Shown in pieces: positions 53,261 through 64,000 of a stretch of DNA of 64,000 bases (position 1 is the first letter of the stretch; every line of letters starts with the position of its first letter). The DNA is from Takakia lepidozioides (taxonomy: Eukaryota > Plantae > Bryophyta). The stretch is taken from assembly GCA_030704615.1 (NCBI GenBank), contig CM060731.1, positions 29,946,001-30,010,000 on the forward strand, in the 5' to 3' direction. A model generated the notes under the pieces. The model was not told where the DNA came from, ran no database searches, and was given only the letters and a program-made list of their open reading frames with translations. A program made the position numbers and the translations under genes.

Positions 53261-53517
53261 TGAGAACCACCATTGTGCAGCTGAGCAGGCAAAGATTGAA
53301 ACACGACCTGCTAAGACCAATCTGACTCTCCCAAGAACCTTGTAAACATCAGGAAGAATACCAAATCATGGTACTAACAGGAGCCAAAAGCCCACCTCTG
53401 CAGGATGGACAAACTTCTTCATATCGTACATTAAGAAAAGCCAAACCTTGTGATTGCAGTTGTCCCACCATCGTGAAGGATCTTTATAAAACTCATGCTA
53501 GCTCACATCACGAACGA

Positions 53518-54650
53518 GCTAACTTGCAGAATTCTACATGAAATTTTAGGGACGACTCTGGTAACATGGCAAAACAGGGTGAAATGTGTTGAAAAAAACA
53601 CCTTCATTAGCAGCGAATTGTTCTATCAATTGTGCTGCTGCCGCTTCTGTTTCCAGGATGACATCTGGTACAATTCCAGCTTTGACCATGTCACTATGGA
53701 CCTCTTTCCTCTTTTCTAGAGCTCCCACGCTTGTGCACACATTGCAAACACAAACAAATGTAATGTGGTTGGGCTTCACCGCTTCGCATATCATTTGCTC
53801 ATATGTCTCCAAAACATTCCTACCACACCTATGCTTGGTAAATCCTTCCAACATAATTCTCCACGTGATCAAAGATCATTGAGGCATTCTGTTGAACACT
53901 TGGTGAGCATCCCTGATGCTCCGGCACTTAACATACATGTTGACAAGGGCATTGAGTAGTTTTTTGGCGTGAATCCACTTGGGATAATGTGAGTGTGCAC
54001 CTGCTTTCCAGCTTCCAGACCTTCCATCTTGATGCACTTAAGCAAGAGACAGACATACATATCTGAATCTGCTGAAATGCCTCCTTGGTTCAGAGTCTAT
54101 AGAGCCTCAGGCTGCCTGCCGCACAAAGTAGCTTCACATGCCCAGAAGTGCCAGAAGAGGCATTGTTGACTCCCTCTCTTGATCCTCTAATTTCAGAAGC
54201 TGTGGTCATGGTTGAGGTGCCTAAATTTATCAACTGTGTCGCTGCAGCTGCTACCTTTAGTTGACCATCTACCCATGCAGGTTTCTTGTAGCTACTGATC
54301 CACCTGGAATCAAGGTAATCTGGAGCTTGAAGTCCAGCCCTCTTGGATGAACTTGGACCCACACTCTATCCCTGCTCCTTCAGCTATTCATGCCTCTGCA
54401 CAAATCATGCATACATCTGTGTCTTGCAGCTGATAATGACAGCTAGATTTGTTCTAGGAAACACCCAACTCAGCATATTACACTAGTTCCTATACTGAAT
54501 TGCGTCTGCTACTCTCCTGTGTCAGGCATTCACCTTTTTGCCTCGGTGTCCCAGCATTGACTTGGGTCAGAAAAGTATTCATCCACAGCTTCTCCTCATC
54601 TCTGTTACGATTTTTGGATATTTTCCTGTTGTCACAATGGCAGTATCATG
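53518..54650 (-). pseudogene. PDF unit fused to a PPR leader and PPR repeats, then PDF linker
   Basis: ORF 54090..54362 reads KKPAWVDGQL...GTSGHVKLLC. ORFs 53869..54060 and 53546..53872 carry PPRs that run into AAAAQLIEQ...FFNTFHPV. Confidence 0.78.
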
Positions 54651-56344
54651 TCTCCAGCCCTAAAGTTGAGCTACAGTGTGAAATAAGAAAGATGAGAGAC
54701 AATTCCAATGAAGGCAAACTTGTGATGGGCTCATGAGAAGCTTACTTTTTTAAGAAGTAAATAAGAACATCCATTAAAAGATCGGCCATCCTCTGATGAT
54801 TGGTGAATGTACACACGCGCTCATAGAACCTGTTGATACTCTCTACCTCTGACTCGTACTCAATCTCCTTCCGTGGCATATGCATCACATGCCTCTCCTC
54901 TGCCTCCTTCCTTATGTTGGCAAACAAGTGCAAGTCATTGACCATCCACAATAACAGTGTTTCCTATGCAACAAACTTCATTTGCATGTCCATGTATCAT
55001 ATCTATTTGCTCCACAGCTTGTGCTCTCTTTTAGTCTCAATGTGATTTAGGGCTTTCCTATCATATCTTTTAGTACGTCCTGCAATTGATGCCTCATTGA
55101 GACATGTTGATAACATGTCAAGTCAATCTTGAGCACACACCCTACCATATGTAGGTCGTATTGGGGCTTTGGCGGCCCCCAGAGCAGGCAGCTGTCTCAT
55201 CATCTTGTCGGCCACCTGCCATGGTACACTTCCAGTGCTCAACTATCCCACGAGTGCTCCTTACCCCAGGTGTGCAAAACCAGTGATTGAGAGGATGCCT
55301 TGCCAGACTCTAGGCGTGATGAGTCACCCAAAACACAGTATAGTTTTGCATATTTAACAGTCGACCCAACAACCACTGGCACATTCTATAGCTTCCAAGG
55401 ATAAGGCTTAACCCTACAAGGACTCCATCATCTATCAACATGAAGCATACACCCCAAGTAGATAATGACACAAACTTGTAAAGGGAGACCTATAGTGGTT
55501 GGCTCCCTTTCCTCCTTTAAGGATGATTCTGGTAACAAACACACAACAAATAGCAGCCGAGGTTGAAAGACATTCAGCCCAACAAGAGGAGGTGTGTACT
55601 TCAGCAGAGAATGGAGAGGATGCTCGCCAATGTTCACGATGGTCTGACCTTGCAATCAGCTTCAAATGTAAATGGTGTTCCAGGCTCTTGCGCAATGTCA
55701 AAATTTTCTTCTTCCACCCAAATACCTATACTCGTGTAGTCAGTTAGACTTCTTTGTGGTAGAGTGAGAACTGAGGCAAAGGACAATCCTACACTTGGGC
55801 CCTTTGCCCCATGATTCAGGACAGTTTCCATCACATGTGAGAGCCCTTCAATCCTTTCCAGAGTGCCACAAATGAAGGTGGTGTAAGACAGGTAGTTCCT
55901 GTGCAACCGAGAGTCATCATGGTCCTGGGCATCCGTCAATTCTTTCTAGTTGCCATACTAAAAAATATCAACAACAATGACCTTCCGGCCAAGAAGAGAA
56001 GCGAAGATGTTTTAGCAGCAGGAATCCCCCCAAAATAGGTTGCTACACGACGATCATGTGCAATTCTGGGAGGGACAATGCAATGACTAATTTCAGAAAG
56101 GCATAGTTTAGGACCAATAAATATCGTAAAGAGGTGAAGGGACATACAAGGGAGTCATCGCGGGGAGGGGGAGTTTTTGGGGCTGGCGTAACCCGCCCTT
56201 CCTGCATGCGTGATCACAACAATGGAAGGCTGCATTCGGCTCTCACATCTATCCCATTCAGACTAACAACCTATCCTCCACCTAAAACTTATGGATGACT
56301 AAATGCACACCTCCCGGGAAATTGAGGCTTGCACTCCAAACTAC

Positions 56345-57110
56345 ATTCACTCAACCAGCTAACTTGCAGAATTCAACATGGAAATTTAGGGCCGATTCTG
56401 ATAAGAGGAAAAACAAGATGAAATGTGTTGAAGAAGGTGCCTTGATTAAAATATCAGTTGTGCCGCTACTGCTGTGGCATCCAGTTGACCATCTATCCAT
56501 GCAGGTTTCTTGTAGCTATTTGTTCCACATGGAATCATCAGTAATCTTGTGCTTGAAATCTGGCCCACTTGGATGAATCTGGACCCATTCTCTATCCCTG
56601 TTCTTTCAGCTATTTCTGCCTTTGCACAAATCATACACCAATGCCTCCATCCCGCATCCATGTTGGGCAAATATCCCGTGATCATCACACTCCAGGACAC
56701 GACATTTCGTTCAGCCATATTCTCAAACACTCCCTTTCTATCCTCAATACTGCCACATTTGGCATACATGTCCACGAGGGTATTGTTCAGAATGACATCG
56801 GGTACAATTCCAAATTTGACAATGGCACCATGGACCTTTTACCCTTCTCCAAGGCTCCCAGGCTCGCACACACATTGCAAACACAAACGAACGTGACCTG
56901 GTCCGGCTTCACCCCTTCCCGCATTATATGCTCATACGTCTCCCAAGCCTCTATACCACACCCCCGCTGTGCATATCCTCGCCCTTCCTGCATGATTTGC
57001 TCAAGAATAAGCTCAAAAAAGTTGCATCAGTTGCTCTCATGAATAGGTTGCAAAGCCTCAATCCCACGCCCCTGCATTGCATATCCCACGATCATCCCGT
57101 TCCATGACAT
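56345..57110 (-). pseudogene. PPR triplet fragment joined to a PDF exon
   Basis: ORFs 56787..56993 and 56446..56775 read MYAKCGSIED...VVSWSVMITGY, followed by NSYKKPAWIDGQL. Confidence 0.78.
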
Positions 57111-57645
57111 AAATTCTCACTGCTTCGGCTCAATACTACGAAAACATATGGCGCGAGAGACAAAATGAGGCTAAGTCCCAGCCCTCTGTGTTCATGGCTG
57201 AACGTGGGCAACCCTAAAGCAACTTTTTGAATTTTTTAGTTTTTTACACTTTGTGTCATTCCATTGACACAAGTGCTTCGTTAAAGATAGATGGATGAGG
57301 TCACATAAACAGAGCTGTGAAACCTCTTATAGTCATCTAGTCATAAGCTTCTATGGCATGTCATGTGTAGTATTGGTGTAGTCATTTAGTCATAAGTTTA
57401 TATGGCACGTGTCTGACGTGTAGTATTGTGTATGACTACTAGTTATATAAACCAAGCTTATATTCGTGGTCGACAATGTTTGACCGCGGGTCCTAGTCAT
57501 GTAGTAAAACATATGACTGCATTAGATTAAAATATATTAAAATGCGCCCAACAATGGGTTTCATCACCTCGTAGTCACATGTATAGACATGGTTACCAAG
57601 GTTTATATCACCCGTAGTCATAAAAACGTTAATATGTAGTAGTGA

Positions 57646-58800
57646 GCTTGTGCACGTAGATAATGTTCGTCTTGAAGGGTTTCCCAATCCCCAGAGAGAA
57701 ATCTACGAACGGGCACGCGTCTCTCGATGTCCGGATTCACCACCACGTGGAGGCAAAACTAGACACCATAGAGAAAAAAATAGAAAAAGGTGCCAAGCAG
57801 CAATGTCGTAAGGGTCCCGAGCAAGGCGTTCCAAGGGTAAGCGAAAAGCATGTTGTACCTCTCTGCGAAGCGCCATTGGGATGCGTGTATAGAGCCGGGG
57901 ACGGGGCAAACCCAACTGAAATGCTCCCAAAACATCAATGGTCGCAATCCAAAGCCATGCTTGGCAAAAGGAGCCAGTAAGGGGGTACACAAATGACTGT
58001 CTGGAAAAGACTGATGAAGTGTAGAACACGTGTGCCGATGACGCGTAAGCCCCCTGATACGAGCAAACATCCGACCACAACCTGGACAAGGCACTCGGTC
58101 TGGTGGAGAAGATGGTGGTGCTAGTGGTGGGAGATAAGATGGAGCAAAAAAATGGGCAGTCTGATCAGGTGAAACTGTCCGCTGTCTAGAAGGAGGTGGC
58201 GAGCCAGGTGGAGAGGTAAGCTCTCTGGGAGGCCGCCGTGTACCTGAAAGGCGAATTGGGGAAGGGCCACTAGCCCCTTGATTTGGAGTTGTTGTGCCTC
58301 GCTTGGGGTTGTCGGGTATCTTTCCTGTAGAGCTGTGACCTTGGGTAGAGTAGGAGGGTTCACCATCAGCAAGGCTTCCTCTCCTCCGTGGATGAGGGCT
58401 GCTGTGACCGGAGTGGGAGGGTGTAGTAGTACTCTTGGCCCCATTTCTGCTGCTCCTAGGATTGTCTTGAAAAGAGGGACAGGGCCCACCACCAATATTG
58501 CCCCGGGCTGTATCATGGCTATGACAGATGTGCCTAGTGTAAGGGGGCTGACCACCGTGGCGTCTAGGGTTACCTTGTGTGGCAGAGAAGGGAAAAAGGT
58601 AAGGAAATTTACCAGCAGGCGATTTACAAAGAGAGAATACTACCAAATGCTTTCCATAAACCCTACCCACGGCTAACCCTGGTTGGGTTGGACCCATGAT
58701 CCGGTGGTATCCGACGATAGGATTTGGCCACGCAGGCGCTGTCGGCAGATGAGATGCATCACAAGGATAGACGAATGGACACTTTTTTCATCCGTTCATT
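57646..58800 (-). mobile_element. 5' part of the CRE-like retrotransposon (C2H2-like zinc finger)
   Basis: Reads CPGCGRMFARIRGLTRHRHTC, then RFLSGDWETLQDEHYLRAQA, which joins LAARIAH beyond the CACTA insertion. The 5' boundary is approximate. Confidence 0.75.
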
Positions 58801-59328
58801 GGCACGGTCGAGGTGTAGTGGCAGGCCGCCTCCCTGTAGGCAAATGTGGTTGATTTGAGGGAGTGGAGAAATGAGCTTCTTTCTGGAAGGGATTTATTCA
58901 CACAATCATGTTTTCAATGTTCTCCAGAAGTGAAGAAAAAAAGAAACTGTTGGGAGAGGGGGAGAGGTGATTCCTATCTGCGATGCTTCCCCGCTGCCTA
59001 TGTGTTGCTGCCATTGACCCAACACTGGTTGAAAGCTTGGCTTTACAAGATCGTGTTTGGTTTCACTCCAATCTCTGTGGTGTGTCACACCCCCATGCCA
59101 CCAAGGCCTTATAATGTGAATCCCACCTGGTCTCCGGAACATAGAATCTTCATGTCAGAATTTCGGTCCGTCTGTCTCTTTTGACTCTCTGTGAGGTGCT
59201 CCACCAGCAGCTCTCCAATACATTTGAGGAGCCCAGTGTCAAGTTTGATGACTTGAAGTTTCTAGAACATAATAGAGGAGCTCAGCCTGGTGGCTACGAA
59301 GAGCTCTCCAGAGAGACTCCTGCTTATG

Positions 59329-62028
59329 TCAATCAAACAGATTGGTGAGGGAGCTGAGGCCTGTTTGTGAGGTGCCTTCATTGGGGAATTCAATTGCAGC
59401 ACTCTCCTGTACCTCAAAGCCATCATCCTCCGCTGTATCATCCAAAGCCTCATATAGCAGCCAATCTTCACTAGCTGGAGTTTCTGCCTTCTGCCTCCGC
59501 TGCTCAGCCACTTGTTCAGGGGAATCTGGACACATATTCCGCGGCCCTCGCCTAATGGGCCTCTCAGCCACGATGTACTTGTGACCCTCTCGCTGACGCT
59601 CTGGGAACCCTGCCCACACTGTTTTGCAACCAGCCATAACAATATCCCCCTGTAAGTGCTCAATAAACTTCAGACTTACATTTCAACAGCAACCAAATAA
59701 GAGACTATTTGAAAAGAAGGACAGAAACTTCAAAGCAGGCACAAAATGGGCAGAGGAGAATAAACCTGAAAGAAGAGAAGTCAAAGAGGGACCTAACTAA
59801 CCAGCCACAGGAATGGTTAACGAGCATCATGTTAGAGCTGCCTCCCCCGCTCTATCTCAAACCTAGTGAGGAAGAACACCTGACAGGTCCTATAATTGCG
59901 GCACTGCAGGCAAGACTACAGCATCTGTCCTCTTGCAATGCAAGCCATACGACCCTCTCTTACTCTCCTTTCTAACCCCCACCTGTCCCCAAAGTCCCCT
60001 TGAAGAAGTGTCTCAAGAATGTCTTCAGCGGCTTGATGTTTTCAGAAAGAAGCTCCTACTGTTTTGAGTAACAGAATGGATTATCAACTGTTTTTGTGAA
60101 CTTAGGCTATGATATGCCCATTAGGGCCTAGACCCACCTGATAGTAACATTCCTGGGCTGTCAGAGACAGTTGTACTTATTCACCATTCCCTGCAACCGT
60201 TGTTGTGGCATACCCTTAAAGGCTTAGATCTCAGGGGATACTAACCCTTCCAGAGCCAGCTGTGGAGTCTCAGCCCACCAAAGTCGTCCCAAAATTGCAA
60301 TAACAACCAAGCACAGCCAATAACAATCTGGTTACATTGAGCTTCTGATATACAAGCTCGTTTACACATCATGCTAGAAAACACAATCTGCCCAGAGAAA
60401 GAGAGTACTATGTCATGCAATGCACAGTAAAACAATTGACGTAACACATGCATAACAAACTGCATGTGTATTAACAGGTAACCAGCAAATCTTGTGTCCA
60501 TGGAGACGCACCAGCAAAATGGTGGAGGACAATGGAAGCAGCCACAGTTACATTGAGGGAGGCCGTGCCAGGACCACACTGAGGAATGTAGACAAAGAAA
60601 TCACAAATCTCCATCTCCTTCTCCGACAGTCCTGTTCCCTGCAACTCGCCGGTGCAAGGATGTCCATGTTACACATGAAACTTGTGAAATATATGATTCT
60701 ACTTGCATAGGATGTGTTAGGTATGCGTTGAAATACACTTACTACAGCATATTAAGAATAAAGAGTCTTACATGCAGGTTAGAATCCGTTGAATCAGGCT
60801 TCATACTAACTTGTAAATCATTGAGTCAACTCACCTCATTACCAAGGACAAATGCAGTGCTGCCAGTGAAAGGGTGGGAATTCACCCGGGCTGCTCCCTC
60901 TGTGATCTCCACTCCACATATGGCTACATGCTTTGCCTGCAAATTTCTTCTTCAGTACAGGGGTGGGAGAGAGTCATGGCATGAGCAGCCCCAACAATCC
61001 GACATGGATAAAGACAAAACATAATCAAACATCCGTTAAAAATTGTAGCATTTGCAGTCGGCTTCAACATGGCATATCTATGGTTAGATTACAGGACCCC
61101 CACATCACAAACAGTTCCATCAAATGGTTACCTTTAAATACTGGGCAGCTTTGCCCAGAGTGTGGAAATGGCGAAACTGGAGATGCAATGTGGCACCGTG
61201 GCTCCCAAATGCATTGAAATCCTTTCTTCCCACCAGAATTAACTCTGACACGCCAAACGCAGTAGAACTCCGGGCCAGTGTCCCAAGATTATGCCTCTTA
61301 GCTACGTTATGAATTAGAACAAAGCTTTCTAGCCTTGCCCTGCCATCGCTGTCCAGTTTCTTCGCCCCCACACCAGCCCCCACATCCGCGGTCCCAGCAC
61401 CCTCTCTTCCGTTGAGTACCTCCACAGCATCATTTGAAGAACTCCATTCGCGGTTAGAGGCCACGCACCTCAGGTTATTGGGAAGCTCATCTGTTGACGA
61501 CGACCCTGCAACGTCAGAAGGAGAGTTGAAAGGGTAAACTCGTCCTGCATTCACCTGGGCCTCCAACTGGTTATCTGGACCACTCACTTTGCACATCAGG
61601 GGATTGCTTGTGCCCAAGTTTGCAGTTGGCTGCCTACGCTCGGATTTGGAATCCCCAACTGGATCATGATTGAGAGGCATCTTCTCTTCGTGGAGGAGTT
61701 TGAAATCAATGAGGTCTATGAGATTTTTCCTTATATCATCTCTCAAGAAATCAAACGTTACAGGTGGGAATAAAATTTGCCTCCTCTGTGCCTCTGACAG
61801 CTCCTCAAATTTCATTACAGTAGATGCTGGCCATATGCGGGTACCAGGCAGAGCGCCATAGCTCATTTGTCTACAGATGGGAGCTCCGACCGACTGATCC
61901 TTTGATGTGCCACAACTTTCAGAGTCTGGAGAACTGAGTCCAACATCCTCAGGACCTAAACCGTCTTCCAAAACTGCTTCCTCCTCATCCGACAAACCTG
62001 CGTTAACCGTCACATGCAACTCCGCCAT
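59329..62028 (-). CDS. SpoU/TrmH-family tRNA/rRNA 2'-O-methyltransferase, 4 exons, long N-terminal extension
   Basis: Approximate exons: 62028-61132 (HNVAKRHNLGTLARS), 60936-60835 (GVEI..AFVLGNE), 60637-60510 (GLS..CDFFVYIPQ..SLNVTVA), and 59620-59329 (VWAGF.ER). The true start may lie further upstream. Confidence 0.85.
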
Positions 62029-63729
62029 CCTGCCCGCAGATTTGTCACCAGGAATTGAGTCAAACCCCTGAGCCCAGATAGTGAAGCATTGTCTCTCAAA
62101 TCACTCCAAGTAGGTTAATGGGGCATCCGACTTCAGTTGCTCGGGAATGCATGTGCGTGAGGACGGCCACCCTTTCAGTACCCGAAAATCTCAGGACCGT
62201 TGTGGACAACTGGATACATCAGCAAATATCCACAGACCATATTGCCGCTAGCTTTGCAGGAGTAACTATAGCGAATCCTAGCCGAATAACGGTGACTACA
62301 AACCACACCCATGCCTGCCACATCCTGCGACCATCTCAATGCACGAGACCAGATCCTGTTTACGCATACTGTCACGAATTTAAGCCCAAATCATGCTTAA
62401 AACTCCAGCATAAAGAATATACATGTCGACAAAGGCTCCTCAGGCATGCTCTGCACACCTAACTTACAATCAACACTGCCATCCGAATGCCACAATCACA
62501 AAGACACCCAAATCGAAAACGTCACACCCCTGTAGCATACTTGCCATCCACGACCATTTCCTGCTTGCTGCTTGGAGATCCAAGACAGATCGAGCGAGAG
62601 CCTGCAACATCGCTGTAGCCGTTTTTCCTTCCGACTTCGCAAGTGCGTCTCTGGAGCCAGCGACTTCGTTTTCACTTTTCACTCTTTCAGGATAAAAGTA
62701 AATAAGTAAAAGTAATATTATAAAATTAAAAAAAAGAGTAAGCTATTCGATCGGTGGGATCGATCCGCTTCATGGTCGGGACTCATGGTTGTGGCTCTCT
62801 CTCGCATTCAACTCTTGAACAATCTTCGTAAGCGCCAGTTGTATGGCATCAGAGTGACCAAGTAGACCTTGCGATGCATGCTCTCAAAGTGATCACCAAA
62901 CCCTGATCATGTCCCCATCCTGTGGATTATGGTTGCTGACCAAGCGTATTGTCTCTGGATACTCAATTGAGCTACCAGCTAATGGTTGTTGTGATGTTCA
63001 AGTATAAATGTGTTTGCTCGCCAACAGATATATTCTTTGGATATTGTGAGCTGATGAGTTGGGTATTGTGCTCCTGGAGCTGGACGATTATATAGCCCTT
63101 CCATAGTTTGACAATCATGCATGCACGCGTGCCTGATTCGCCAGGTTCCCTGTTGCTCGGTTCCCTGAGAACTTGCTTAGATGGATGCGGCAGCACTTGC
63201 TCTGTGCAGGCATAACGGTTTGGAGCCCCATGAAGCTCCAAACCGTTAAGTTCGTTGGGGCCCGGCAGTATGATAGGGAGATGATAGGAGGAGGGGAATA
63301 GACTCAAGAAATACGAAAGCGAACAAAAACAAAGAGAGAGCCAGAAGCAGCCGGCCACAAGCAAATTCTACTGCTCAAGGGATTGCCGAAGGGTCAAAGC
63401 TAAAGAGAAAGGACAGTGGAAACGGTGCAATTCATGCAATAATATTTAGATGGGTCAAGAGCAAGGCAGGTAGAGATCTCACGAGATAAATGCATTGGTA
63501 TCAATAGAAATTGTACACTGAACTGTGCAATTATATATTTAGCCTGCTGTAATCATGGGGTTACATAATGTTCAGATCATCCCCAAAGTTTTCTGGAGAA
63601 ATTATACTTCGGAACGCTGAGCCATCTACCCCGAAAATGTCCAGAATGACAGCTCTAGTGACCCCTCTGGATTTCGTTCTTCTACAGTAGTTACTACACT
63701 GTAGCCTGGATGATTTGAATGTTCAAAGC

Positions 63730-64000
63730 TTATTTGATATCGATAGAGCGTGTTTGTTGTTCGGACTGCCTCTGAATCTTGGGGACCGTGACAGTAAGAA
63801 CGCCATTGTCGACCTTGGCAGTCACTTCGTCTACATTAGCATTGTCCGGCAAGCGCAAGCGCCTCAGGAACTTGCACTGACTGCGCTCTACACGGTGCCA
63901 TGTGTCAGTGTCTTTCACGTCTTCGATCTTGCGCTCGCCACTTATCTGAAGCGTGTGGCCATCTTCCACAAGTACCTTCACTTCCTCTTTCTTTAAACCT
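63730..64000 (-). CDS. class I cytosolic small heat-shock protein (HSP20/alpha-crystallin), 3' part
   Basis: Reads [23 protein letters not shown]...[32 protein letters not shown]...SIDI. The start lies beyond the window. Confidence 0.92.
   Translation of the reverse strand, partial: GLKKEEVKVLVEDGHTLQISGERKIEDVKDTDTWHRVERSQCKFLRRLRLPDNANVDEVTAKVDNGVLTVTVPKIQRQSEQQTRSIDIK

Larger units (their letters stand above)
50153..57645. mobile_element. non-autonomous CACTA-type element with captured gene fragments (Pack-CACTA), 7,493 bp
   Basis: 31-bp TIRs TCACTAGTACATATTAATGTTTTTATGACTA / TCACTACTACATATTAACGTTTTTATGACTA (29/31 identical). GCT TSD at 50150-50152 and 57646-57648. ATGACTA subterminal repeats at both ends. 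Excision restores the host ORF (RAQALAAR). Confidence 0.9.

Noticed and set aside
3477-62028. operon-like cluster of organelle RNA-metabolism genes (PPR-DYW, RH3, OSB pieces, SpoU)
   Set aside because: The PPR and OSB pieces are pseudogenes or TE cargo, and GP210 and HSP20 are unrelated. There is no evidence of co-regulation.

Overview
Eukaryotic nuclear DNA from a land plant. The PLS-DYW PPR style and TE content suggest a non-flowering lineage, but that is inference. Four host genes lie on the minus strand: a plastid DEAD-box helicase RH3 (10 exons, ending in a CCHC knuckle), the nuclear pore protein GP210/Nup210 (~21.7 kb), a SpoU/TrmH-type RNA methyltransferase, and the 3' part of a class I small heat-shock gene. 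The first 10 kb is a decayed, tandemly amplified PLS-class PPR-DYW (RNA-editing factor) array broken up by pieces of a tail-less RTE/RTEX-like LINE. It is followed by SINE-like repeats and an L1 interrupted by a CACTA transposase fragment. The main finding is at 47.3-58.8 kb, where a CRE-like non-LTR retrotransposon is split by a 7,493-bp non-autonomous CACTA-type element. That element has unusual TCACTA...TAGTGA termini, a GCT target duplication, and no recognisable transposase. Its cargo is intron-containing, tandemly amplified copies of the OSB 'PDF' ssDNA-binding motif shuffled with PPR fragments, including an in-frame join. The same PPR-to-PDF arrangement recurs at the start of the window. 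All calls are by eye from sequence and motif recognition; no database searches were run.
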